From a virus (Duplodnaviria; Caudoviricetes), in IMG/VR virus record IMGVR_UViG_2687453145_000002, positions 32,001-96,000 of that record: a stretch of 64,000 nt of DNA, one strand, 5' to 3'. Within the stretch, counting starts at the first letter, position 1. Each line of letters starts with the position of its first letter. A model generated the notes under the pieces. It was not told the DNA's origin and made no database searches. It was given only the letters and a program-made list of their open reading frames with translations. Positions 46,287 to 54,695 of the stretch are shown here, in pieces. Position numbers and translations under genes: made by a program.

Positions 46287-46541
46287 TCAGATGGCGTTGC
46301 GGTGGAACTCGGCCCGCCAGTGGAGTAGGGCGCGGCATTTCATGGCGGTCATGGTGCGCACCTTGGCAGACTGGGCGGTGCGGGCTGCGACGAGCTGGTG
46401 CCGCTCGGTGGCCATCATGGCAACCGTCAAGCGTTGCTTGATGGCCCGGCGGCGGGCGGCGTTACCGTTCAGGCGGTCGGCGATGGCAGTTACAATCTGG
46501 TCTGCATGTTTCGCGGCCCTGGAAAAAATGCGCTTGGTCAT
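46287..46541 (-). CDS. First gene of leftward operon, Arg-rich (N-like position)
   Basis: CAGGAG RBS; GNAARRRAIKQR segment. Confidence 0.55.
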   Translation of the reverse strand: MTKRIFSRAAKHADQIVTAIADRLNGNAARRRAIKQRLTVAMMATERHQLVAARTAQSAKVRTMTAMKCRALLHWRAEFHRNAI

Positions 46542-46830
46542 GGTACATTCACTCCTGTTGGCGAGTTGGTCCTCGCTAATTCCCAGTTGATTCGTCATGC
46601 TGGGTCCTGATTGCTGGGGTTGGTCCCTCGGCTTTCACTGACCGGGTGGTACCCGGTCCTTCGAAGCCCGCCTTGTGCGGGCTTTGTCGTTCTTACGCGC
46701 TGGTCAGGCGCTTCACTGCTGCCCTGGTTGGGGCTGGGTCCTGTTGCTGGGTGGTACTCAATTCTTTGCTGGCTTTTTACTCCGCCAGAGCGGGAGGTTT
46801 GCCGGTATTGCCTCCGGCCTACTGATGAGT

Positions 46831-46906
46831 GATTGTTTTCTCGAACAAGATGAAGGTTAATATTCGCGAACCTGCCAGTCAATAGAAAATGTTCGAGATA
46901 ACGAAT
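46831..46906 (-). promoter_or_regulatory. pL/oL: promoter with three operator-like sites
   Basis: Minus-strand TTGACT-17-TAACCT; GTTCG-N6-CGAAC-like 16-mers at 46831, 46856, 46891. Confidence 0.65.
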
Positions 46907-46989
46907 TTTTTAGAGTGAGCGCCATTGCTGTCGATCGAGAGATGCAAAAAAGCCCGCATAAAGCGGGCTCTTAGTGAAGATTGGTGCTG

Positions 46990-47211
46990 TTATTTCAGGT
47001 AGATATTGATGGCTATCGCTACACCGAGACCAAGAAATGCTGAGGTGTAGAGGCCCGTATCAAAGATGGCGTGAAACGCAAAGGGGGAGGCGCATAAGCC
47101 AATAATCATGGCTAATGTCACGTTTTTGTTTAATCGCTCATCTTCCTTATGCCTCGCTGCCCTTGCTTCTGCCGCCATCTGTTTCATCATTTCACGTTCG
47201 CCTTTTTCCAT
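46990..47211 (-). CDS. Small two-TM membrane protein downstream of cI
   Basis: AAGGAG RBS at cI end; two hydrophobic helices; terminator at ~46946-46970. Confidence 0.7.
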   Translation of the reverse strand: MEKGEREMMKQMAAEARAARHKEDERLNKNVTLAMIIGLCASPFAFHAIFDTGLYTSAFLGLGVAIAINIYLK

Positions 47212-47216
47212 GGCGG

Positions 47217-47831
47217 TTACTCCTTCACATCTCTACGCAGTTCAACCATTCGGCCATAAATCAGCGCCTCTTTGACTGGGATGACACCAAGACGCGGATC
47301 ATCGGTGACCAATGTAATACCTGATAGGCCATCCAGAGCCTTCAGTAAGCGCTCCTGATTGTTGCTATCCAGTCGCACCAGAACGATATCGTTATGGCGT
47401 GGTTCCCGATCTGCAAGGTCAATGACGCAGATGTCACCACTCTTGATGCCAGAACCGATAAGGTTGTCATCGTTGGCAACCACGCCAATCAGATGCCCAT
47501 TGGCATCACTGAATAGGTGGCGGCCGCTATCCAAGGTTGAAAGAGCATCGGTCGGGTGTTTGCCGAGATCTGACATTTCCCAGACTGGCACCTTGCCAAG
47601 GTTAATGTCGGAGACATAGGTGCCACTTTCTTTGCCGGTGTAGAGCCAGAGAGGATCGCAACCGAGCGCTTTGGCGATAGAAAGCAGACTGCTGACTCGC
47701 AAATCCTTGAGCGGGTCAGATAAGAGAACGGAGACCACAGCTTTGCTGACCCCAGACCTGCGTACCAGGTCAGCTTGCTTCCAGCCCCGCTCTTTGAGCA
47801 TGTATTCCAGTCGGTCTCTAAAAGAGGTCAT
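47217..47831 (-). CDS. cI: CI-like repressor (HTH plus degenerate S24 domain)
   Basis: WKQADLVRRSGVSKAVVS HTH; GDICVID..P...DIVLV..LLK C-domain; divergent from cro. Confidence 0.85.
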   Translation of the reverse strand: MTSFRDRLEYMLKERGWKQADLVRRSGVSKAVVSVLLSDPLKDLRVSSLLSIAKALGCDPLWLYTGKESGTYVSDINLGKVPVWEMSDLGKHPTDALSTLDSGRHLFSDANGHLIGVVANDDNLIGSGIKSGDICVIDLADREPRHNDIVLVRLDSNNQERLLKALDGLSGITLVTDDPRLGVIPVKEALIYGRMVELRRDVKE

Positions 47832-47840
47832 GTTGATCTC

Positions 47841-47928
47841 GTTCGCATAATAAAACCATTTTCTATTTTCACCTATTGCATGTGCTAAATGGCGATCGCT
47901 TGACTTGTTCGGTTTTAAGAATAAAAAT
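47841..47928 (+). promoter_or_regulatory. oR/pR region
   Basis: Operator-like GTTCGCATAATAAAAC (47841) and GTTCGGTTTTAAGAAT (47907); TTGACT at 47900. Confidence 0.6.
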
Positions 47929-47963
47929 GCCCTTGTATTGTCAGACACCACAGGACCCGACCA

Positions 47964-48179
47964 ATGAAGAAGCAAGACGTTATCAGCCATTTCGGCAACA
48001 TGGCCCGCGCCATGAAAGCGATCGGTATCGCTCGTAGCGTGGCCGTGACGTGGGGAGATATTGTCCCGGCACAGCATGCCGTCAGCTTTGTTATCGCCAG
48101 CAACGGCGAGCTGCGGCTGGGGCTGGAGGATTACCCCCTGCTCAAGGAGCAAGACCATTCTACCCAGCAGGCCGCCTGA
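47964..48179 (+). CDS. cro: Cro-like protein
   Basis: MKKQDVISHFG...AIGI....V..WG..VP. Confidence 0.85.
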   Translation: MKKQDVISHFGNMARAMKAIGIARSVAVTWGDIVPAQHAVSFVIASNGELRLGLEDYPLLKEQDHSTQQAA

Positions 48180-48220
48180 CCACCGGCCAGCTTTTCTACC
48201 CAACATAGAGGACCAACCCC

Positions 48221-48610
48221 ATGGGAAGAGTATCGCTCCCAGATCATGAAAATATGAGCACCCGCTCCCCGCTGAAAGTGCGCGGCACCCCAGCCCAGCG
48301 CCAGGTATGGCAGGAAGTAGGCGCCGAGTGTGGCATGACCGAAACCGCATTTGCCCGCACCTCGCTGCTGATCCTGCTCCAGGCCATATCTCAGCACGAG
48401 CCCACCATATTGGCGAGGGCCGTTAAACGGGCCAATCGGAGCTTGCTGGAGCAGGGTTTTCCGCCCGTGACCGTCGAGGAGATCCTGGAGGGCTCCGGCC
48501 TGCCCGAGCGCGGCCTGCTCCAGTTCAGCCAAGAAGACGAGGCCGCCTACAACGAGGAGCGCCCGCTGCGCCCCCTGCAAAAACTCATCAACTTCGTCCT
48601 CGGGAGGTAA
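48221..48610 (+). CDS. Regulatory protein in cII position
   Basis: GAGGA RBS; possible ribbon-helix-helix N-terminus. Confidence 0.55.
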   Translation: MGRVSLPDHENMSTRSPLKVRGTPAQRQVWQEVGAECGMTETAFARTSLLILLQAISQHEPTILARAVKRANRSLLEQGFPPVTVEEILEGSGLPERGLLQFSQEDEAAYNEERPLRPLQKLINFVLGR

Positions 48611-48613
48611 CCC

Positions 48614-48832
48614 ATGACCATGCAATTACGTCCGCCGCGCCCGGCATCCCAGCACGTCAGCGATCGCGACAACATCATCCTGAAGTCGGTCATGCACGAG
48701 CTGGCCCTAGCCCTCGACGAGCCGCTGATCTCGACCGCTCACGCAGCCGGCACCGACCGCCAGGCCGTCCGCCTGGCCCGCGAGCTGGAAGCCCGCACCC
48801 TGGAGCGTGCCGAAGCACAACCCAGCGCATAA
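48614..48832 (+). CDS. Hypothetical protein
   Basis: GGAGG RBS. Confidence 0.6.
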   Translation: MTMQLRPPRPASQHVSDRDNIILKSVMHELALALDEPLISTAHAAGTDRQAVRLARELEARTLERAEAQPSA

Positions 48833-48885
48833 GCAGCACCTGCCCGCCTCACCAGCGGGCAGCTTAAACACCACAGGACCCAACA

Positions 48886-49041
48886 ATGACCAATTCAACC
48901 ATGGCCCATGGGGGCCACCCCTTGCTGAACGACCTCAACCACTGCCCACTGTGCGGCAGTGATCTGCAGTCCGGCACCAATGACCGCGCCTACGAGTGCC
49001 CCACCTGTGAGTACACCGAGCAGGAGGTGGCTCATGGTTAA
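48886..49041 (+). CDS. Small zinc-ribbon protein (51 aa, not in ORF track)
   Basis: CPLC...CPTC; CACAGGACCC motif RBS. Confidence 0.65.
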   Translation: MTNSTMAHGGHPLLNDLNHCPLCGSDLQSGTNDRAYECPTCEYTEQEVAHG

Positions 49042-49165
49042 CACCTCATCCGTTGCCACCTGGGAGCTCTATGAGCTCAAGAAGCGGGAATTGCAAGCAA
49101 TGGGGTTATCCCAGCGTGAGTACGAATTGGCTGTGCGCCGATTGGCTGATGAATTGGAGGTGTGA
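49034..49165 (+). CDS. Small hypothetical protein
   Basis: GGAGGT RBS; 43 aa before O. Confidence 0.6.
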   Translation: MVNTSSVATWELYELKKRELQAMGLSQREYELAVRRLADELEV

Positions 49166-49166
49166 G

Positions 49167-50000
49167 ATGGCGGCGCTTTTGAAGTTTCCAGATAGACGCC
49201 CACAGAGTGCCCCACAGGAGGTTCGTGTGGCAGACCTTGATGATGGCTATACCCGCATTGCCAATGAGCTCTACGAGGCGCTGATTGGCGCTGATTTGAC
49301 CAAGCACCAGTTCAAGGTCGTACTGGCGGTGATCCGCAAGACCTATGGCTTTAACCAGACCCATGATCGCATCACCAATGGGCAGATAGCCGAGATGACC
49401 GGTTTGCCGGAGACCCGAGTTTGCACCGCCAAAAACCAATTATTGGAGATGGGAATACTGGTCAACAAAGGGCGAAAAATAGGACCCAACAAGGTACTTT
49501 CTGAGTGGGACTTTGACGCTCCCCGAAACAGGGAAAAGCTACCCGAAACAGGGTATAAAAATTTCCCCGAAACAGGGAATCGAGTTTCCCCGAAACAGGG
49601 ACACACAAAAGACACTATTCAAAAGACAGTAAAGACAACTACTGATGGGGCATCAGCTTGCGCTGAACCCCCAGCAGCAACCCCCGAAAAGCGACCAGTG
49701 AAAAATACACCATACCAGGCGATCCTGGATGCCTATCACGACATCCTGCCGGAGATGCCAGCCATCCGTGAGCTGACCGATTCTCGCAAAACCAAAATCA
49801 GGAACTTCTGGACCAAGTTCAAGTTCGACGAGACCCGCTGGCGCGCCTACTTGGATTTCATCGCCAAGAACTGCCGCTGGATGTGCGAGAGCCGCCCGCG
49901 CCGCGATGGCGAGTCGGCCTGGAAGCCGAAGAACTTGGATTTTTTGGTGACCGAGAGGTGTTATCTGGGCGTGCGGGAGGGGCGGTTCAATGACGAGTGA
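49167..50000 (+). CDS. Lambda O-like replication initiator
   Basis: VADLDDGYTRIANEL...RKTYGF; internal iterons. Confidence 0.9.
   Translation: MAALLKFPDRRPQSAPQEVRVADLDDGYTRIANELYEALIGADLTKHQFKVVLAVIRKTYGFNQTHDRITNGQIAEMTGLPETRVCTAKNQLLEMGILVNKGRKIGPNKVLSEWDFDAPRNREKLPETGYKNFPETGNRVSPKQGHTKDTIQKTVKTTTDGASACAEPPAATPEKRPVKNTPYQAILDAYHDILPEMPAIRELTDSRKTKIRNFWTKFKFDETRWRAYLDFIAKNCRWMCESRPRRDGESAWKPKNLDFLVTERCYLGVREGRFNDE
49521..49600. repeat. Replication origin iterons, 4x CCCGAAACAGGG
   Basis: Four copies inside O followed by A-rich tract. Confidence 0.85.
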
Positions 50001-51402
50001 TGCAATGGGGTTTGTGCCCCCTCACAACTTCGAGGCAGAGCAGTCTGTGCTGGGCGGGCTGATGCTGCGGGCTGACTCGTTCCACGACTTGGGCCTGTCT
50101 GAACGCGATTTTTACAGTCGCCCGCACCAGATCATTTTCGGGGCGATCTCCCAACTGATCGCCGCCAAGCAGCCGGTTGACATCATGACAGTGCAGCACC
50201 GTATCGAGCAGGACGGCGAGCTCGATGTTGCCGGCGGGTTTGCCTACCTAGTCGAGATCGCCAAGAACACCCCAAGCGCGGCGAACATCGTGACCTATGG
50301 GGGGATGGTGCGTAGCGCTGCAGAGCGGCGCTTCGCTGTTGCCAAGCTGCATGACTGTATCGCGGCGATGATGGAGCCTGGATTCAGCAACACCGATGAG
50401 CGGTTCGCTGCGATGGGGTCGCTGTTGTCTGAGGTCGATGCCAAGCGCTCTGGGGGTGTGACCGGGATTGCGGTACACGCCAGCGAAATCGTGCGGGACT
50501 GGTGTGATGAGCTGGATCGCCGGGCAAGCCGCCGCCCAGGGGAGATGACCGGTTATGCCACGGGGATCGCGTCCTTGGATGAGTTGCTCTACCCAGGTGG
50601 GATCAGCCCTACGGCGCTGGTGTGTATCGGCGCTCGACCGAAGATGGGCAAGACCACGCTGATGGCGAGTCTGTGTAACCACACGTCGCTGGTCAAGAAG
50701 CTCCCTGTGGTTGGTTTTTCGCTGGAGATGACACGGGGTGAGCTGTTCGAGGTCATGGTATCGCAAGCGTCCGGTGTCTCCGGCAAGCATCTGAAATCAA
50801 TGTCTGACCAGTGCAAGATGGACAAGGCCTACGCTGTTGCCGCAGAGCTTGGTAACTCCAAACTCCATATCGCAGATCTGCCTGGGCTGACTGTGCACCA
50901 GGTGGTGCGTGAGAGTCGCCGGCTGAAGCGACAGTTCGGTCAGCTCGGGCTGATCGCTGTTGACTACCTGACGCTGATGACTGCCGACAAGGCTGAGCGT
51001 AACGATCTGGCTTACGGCGCGATAACCAAGGCGCTCAAGATGCTAGCCAAGGAGATGGGTTGCCCGGTGATCCTGCTGACTCAGCTCAATCGAGGGCTGG
51101 AGCAGCGTGCAGACAAACGCCCGGTTCCCAGCGACAGCCGTGACACCGGCCAGATCGAGCAGGATTGCGATGTGTGGATCGGCTGTTATCGCGATGAGGT
51201 CTATAACGAGGCTTCCCCGATGGCAGGAGTCATGGAGTTGCTGGTCAGGCTCAACCGAGGCGGTAAGACGGGAACCGCTTACTGCCAGTTCCATGATGGG
51301 GTGATCTCAAATATCGACCAGCAAGAGGTTGCGCGCATGGCACATGCTGCAGAAGTGGAACGCAGCAAATCCAAGCCAGCGAAAGGGGGGTGGGATGGCT
51401 GA
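49990..51402 (+). CDS. dnaB: DnaB-like replicative helicase
   Basis: PPHN.EAEQSVLG, GARPKMGKT, DYL, QLNR, IEQD. Confidence 0.95.
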   Translation: MTSDAMGFVPPHNFEAEQSVLGGLMLRADSFHDLGLSERDFYSRPHQIIFGAISQLIAAKQPVDIMTVQHRIEQDGELDVAGGFAYLVEIAKNTPSAANIVTYGGMVRSAAERRFAVAKLHDCIAAMMEPGFSNTDERFAAMGSLLSEVDAKRSGGVTGIAVHASEIVRDWCDELDRRASRRPGEMTGYATGIASLDELLYPGGISPTALVCIGARPKMGKTTLMASLCNHTSLVKKLPVVGFSLEMTRGELFEVMVSQASGVSGKHLKSMSDQCKMDKAYAVAAELGNSKLHIADLPGLTVHQVVRESRRLKRQFGQLGLIAVDYLTLMTADKAERNDLAYGAITKALKMLAKEMGCPVILLTQLNRGLEQRADKRPVPSDSRDTGQIEQDCDVWIGCYRDEVYNEASPMAGVMELLVRLNRGGKTGTAYCQFHDGVISNIDQQEVARMAHAAEVERSKSKPAKGGWDG

Positions 51403-51706
51403 TTTTTTCAATCCTGACGTGAGTGCCGCGGTCGTGGCCGCGAAATTCTGCCGGGTGGTGATCTATCCCGCCGTGCGGGGCTGGTGTGGGGAGCGGATGC
51501 AGCTCGAGGTGGCCGACGAGATCGATGCGTTGGGTCACACCGACCAGCAGCGTGGCGCAGGGCATTGGCTGGCGCAAAGCACGACGCCGGAGCGAGTGGC
51601 GGAGGAGGCTGCACGGCTGAGAGCCGCGCCAGTGCTGGTGTTGCGGTGTGATGCTTCGTTTGGGGCTGTGGATAACTTCGAAGGGGAGGGCCTTGCCAAC
51701 CAGTGA
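51395..51706 (+). CDS. Hypothetical protein
   Basis: Overlaps helicase stop. Confidence 0.55.
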   Translation: MADFFNPDVSAAVVAAKFCRVVIYPAVRGWCGERMQLEVADEIDALGHTDQQRGAGHWLAQSTTPERVAEEAARLRAAPVLVLRCDASFGAVDNFEGEGLANQ

Positions 51707-51782
51707 CACAAGGGGTACCGCGCCGTACCATTGCCAGTGCCGGACCTAGACCACCCGGCTGTTTAACCAAAGGACCTAGACC

Positions 51783-52076
51783 ATGACCAAACCGCATACC
51801 CGAGATCTATCCATCGCGACCCAGTTGGGGCGCGTGATATCCATCATGAGCGACGGCAAGGCCCGCACCCTGCGCGACATCGAGCGCGAGTGCTGGAGCC
51901 GCTACGGCCACGCTGACACCCAGGCCGCCATCAGCGCCAGACTGCGTGAAGTTTGCTGCTACGGCTGGGTGAAGCATTCCAGCAATCAGGTCATCGACGG
52001 CAAGCAGGTGTGGCATTACCGCATCGCGCTGCCTCCCACCACCGAGGCCGTAGCGGCTAAGGCGGTGGCAGCATGA
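51783..52076 (+). CDS. Winged-helix-like protein
   Basis: MSDGKARTLRDI...AAISARLRE. Confidence 0.65.
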   Translation: MTKPHTRDLSIATQLGRVISIMSDGKARTLRDIERECWSRYGHADTQAAISARLREVCCYGWVKHSSNQVIDGKQVWHYRIALPPTTEAVAAKAVAA

Positions 52077-52252
52077 GACTGACCCACGCTATCGCGGCTG
52101 TGCTGTTGGCAGCTACAGGCCAGCCCGCTCGCCTCAATCCGAACGACTTCATCCCCGGCTATGGATTCTGCATCCCCAACCCGCGCAATGACCGGGCTGC
52201 ACAGCGTCAGCGTGCAGCCGCCAAGCGCCGCAACAAGTCCAAGCGGGGGTGA
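52073..52252 (+). CDS. Small basic protein (59 aa)
   Basis: ATGA overlap; RAAAKRRNK tail. Confidence 0.55.
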   Translation: MRLTHAIAAVLLAATGQPARLNPNDFIPGYGFCIPNPRNDRAAQRQRAAAKRRNKSKRG

Positions 52253-52254
52253 GC

Positions 52255-52695
52255 ATGAGCTACCCCAAGTATTTTCTGCGCAGCCCCGATATCCGGGCCC
52301 GCGCCAGCCAGTTGGTCGCCAGCCTGCCGGTTGATCAGGACAAGCCGCTGGTTATCGAAATCAAGGAGCTGACCCGCAGCCTGGCTCAGAACGCTCTGTT
52401 CTGGGCCGTCATGACCGACATCGCCGAGCAGGTCAACTGGCACGGCCGCAAGCTCTCCAAGGAGGACTGGAAGCACGTTCTCTCCGCCGCCCTGTACCAG
52501 CAGGACGTGGTGCCGAACATCGACGGCAATGGCTTCGTGGTGCTGGGTAAGTCCACTTCCAAGATGACCGTGCGCGAGATGCGCGATCTCATTGAGCTGG
52601 CCCAATCCTTCGGCGCCCAGCAGGGCGTGAAGTTCGGGGATGAATCCCGCCGAGGTTTCGACTGGGTGGCGGCCTACGGGAGGGCTGCAGCATGA
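52255..52695 (+). CDS. ninB: NinB/Orf recombination protein
   Basis: RSLAQNALFWAVMTDIA.QV.WHG, STSKMTV.EM..LIE. Confidence 0.9.
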   Translation: MSYPKYFLRSPDIRARASQLVASLPVDQDKPLVIEIKELTRSLAQNALFWAVMTDIAEQVNWHGRKLSKEDWKHVLSAALYQQDVVPNIDGNGFVVLGKSTSKMTVREMRDLIELAQSFGAQQGVKFGDESRRGFDWVAAYGRAAA

Positions 52696-53009
52696 GCAAG
52701 ACCAAGGCTGATAAGCAGTGGTTGGACGATGTGAGCTCTCTGTGCTGCATTGCTTGCCGAAATGCTGGCCTGGGGGCGAGCCTCGCCGAAATTCACCATG
52801 TGCGCTCTGGCGCCGGGATGGCGCAGCGCTCTGCTCACACCCAGGTGCTGCCTCTTTGCCCTCGCCATCATCGCGCCTGCTACCCCACCGGCTTCCACGC
52901 CGCACCGCTCACATGGCAGCAGGAGCACGGCAGCGAGGAGGCCCTGCTGGAGCAGGTAGCCAGAGAAGTCACCGAACTGCGCAAGAACACCATCGGGAGG
53001 GCGGCGTGA
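52692..53009 (+). CDS. Ref-like HNH nuclease
   Basis: CIAC...EIHH...G..QR...LPLC..HHR...GFH. Confidence 0.75.
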   Translation: MSKTKADKQWLDDVSSLCCIACRNAGLGASLAEIHHVRSGAGMAQRSAHTQVLPLCPRHHRACYPTGFHAAPLTWQQEHGSEEALLEQVAREVTELRKNTIGRAA

Positions 53010-53428
53010 TCCATCTATCCGCCCTCGATGCGGCCCGGTTGCTGGGTAGCAGCTCGAAGGTCAGGAGCGCAGCCAACCAGGTGCGCAAGGCGCAGCAGGT
53101 CACCTCCCTGCACGACAAGGTGCTGACCAAGCTGGTCGGCCTTCCTGACCCCGCCACCGAGCTGTTGTTTCACCCCAAGCGCAAATGGCGCTTCGACTAC
53201 GCCTGGCCCACCCGCATGATCGCCATTGAGGTCCACGGCGGGATCCACTCCGGCGGCCGGCACACCCGGGGGAGGGGGTTCGTAGAGGACCGGGCCAAGA
53301 TGAACGAAGCCACCTTGCTCGGGTGGACCGTGCTGGAAGTTACCCCAGAACACATCAAATCCGGCCAGTTGCGCGCCTGGCTGCTCGCCGCCTTCAATCA
53401 GGACCCAGACCAGAGGACCAAACTATGA
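53006..53428 (+). CDS. PD-(D/E)XK (Vsr/DUF559-like) endonuclease
   Basis: FHPKRKWRFDYAWP..IAIEV.GG...GW.VL. Confidence 0.8.
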   Translation: MIHLSALDAARLLGSSSKVRSAANQVRKAQQVTSLHDKVLTKLVGLPDPATELLFHPKRKWRFDYAWPTRMIAIEVHGGIHSGGRHTRGRGFVEDRAKMNEATLLGWTVLEVTPEHIKSGQLRAWLLAAFNQDPDQRTKL

Positions 53429-54126
53429 CCCACGCTATCGAAATGGCTCTGCGCCTTTTCTCGCCGAAAGGGGCGCTCCATGAGCCCGCCGCCGGCAGGC
53501 AGTTCAATGCTCTGGGCCGGGACGAGTTTATCGGCGCCCTGCAGGTTGCCGCAAAGAGCAACCCGCAAGGGCTCCAGTTCCTCATGGCCGACCACCTGGG
53601 GGACGAGCAGGCACTGGCGTCATTGCTGGCACACTTCAGCACCACGCTGGGCAGCGAAGAGGCCGGTGGTATGGCGCTCGCTATTCTGCTGCGCCGGCCT
53701 CTGCCTGAGCAGATGGATCAGCTGGTACTGTCTCACCCGCACTATGACAAGGAGCGCCGCCGGGCCGCCGTGGTGATGGAGAAGGCCAAGCGAGCTCACC
53801 GCGGTGGCAATGACCACGAGTACCAGCGCCTTCTGGCCGAGCGTAACGAGATCCTGCAGTTGGCACGCGACCACTGTGTCGCCGAGATGCTGCGGTCTGG
53901 TCGTTGTCCTCACTGCAAGGGAACCGGGATCCGCCCTCGCAAGGGTGACGACTGCCCGAAGTGCCACGGCACCGGGCGAGTGGTGCCCCATGCCGATATG
54001 GTCGCGCGCCGCTTCGGGCAGGAGATGCGGCAGGCCGTAGAGCGTGCTGTTGATGAGGTGATCCACCAAGCGTCAGACTTGTCCAAACTCATGGACCGGC
54101 AGGTGAGGGAGATGCGAGCGGCTTAG
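53425..54126 (+). CDS. Q-like late antiterminator with zinc finger
   Basis: Last nin-region gene; CPHCKGTG...CPKCHGTG. Confidence 0.7.
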   Translation: MTHAIEMALRLFSPKGALHEPAAGRQFNALGRDEFIGALQVAAKSNPQGLQFLMADHLGDEQALASLLAHFSTTLGSEEAGGMALAILLRRPLPEQMDQLVLSHPHYDKERRRAAVVMEKAKRAHRGGNDHEYQRLLAERNEILQLARDHCVAEMLRSGRCPHCKGTGIRPRKGDDCPKCHGTGRVVPHADMVARRFGQEMRQAVERAVDEVIHQASDLSKLMDRQVREMRAA

Positions 54127-54352
54127 GAAGGAATATCACACCCCATGCTATGGGATGCTTTGATGAAGACAAAATTCAAATCTAATGGGGTGTGGTATAA
54201 CTGTATGAATATTTTGTATTTTTATGTTTTTCCTTGTTCCTGGGTAGCACTGGCAGTGCCATAATAGGGTTGACGGCTAGGTCATCATTGGCCATCATTC
54301 CGGCTACACCATTGACTTACGAATCGTGAGTCCAAGGTGTTAAAAAAGGGCC

Positions 54353-54586
54353 CTAAGGCCCTTGGATGTTGATGATTACCTCCTTAATTTGCTCTATAGC
54401 ATCTAAAACAAGCCTGCCAAGTTTGAACAGTGCGCTGGCTAGTTTGAGGAGTGATTCAAGTGATTGGGCTATTGCGAGTAGCCTATCAGTCAGTTTCGAA
54501 GACCCTGCAGTTACTAGCTGTGGGGTCTTCGCATTCTCGGCCGAAGCCGCACTTCGTCGCCCTATCGAGCGTCTTGATTTCGCCAT
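54353..54586 (-). CDS. 77-aa basic/amphipathic protein behind nrdA-like promoter
   Basis: AAGGAG RBS; basic N-terminus, Leu-rich amphipathic C-half. Confidence 0.6.
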   Translation of the reverse strand: MAKSRRSIGRRSAASAENAKTPQLVTAGSSKLTDRLLAIAQSLESLLKLASALFKLGRLVLDAIEQIKEVIINIQGP

Positions 54587-54695
54587 GACGTTTCTCCTTG
54601 CACGGCGGTGGATAAATTTTCTTGTATAGCATCATCCAATCTCTCCTTTCTGATACCTATTCAACATCGCTGAGCTTAGGTTTTTTGAGCCGCAA

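Noticed and set aside
47832-48350. 377-aa extended CI from the ORF track
   Set aside because: Extension runs antisense through cro and the operators; the HTH starts at 47831
54201-54216. Third LexA box CTGTATGAATATTTTG
   Set aside because: Right half is TTG, not CAG
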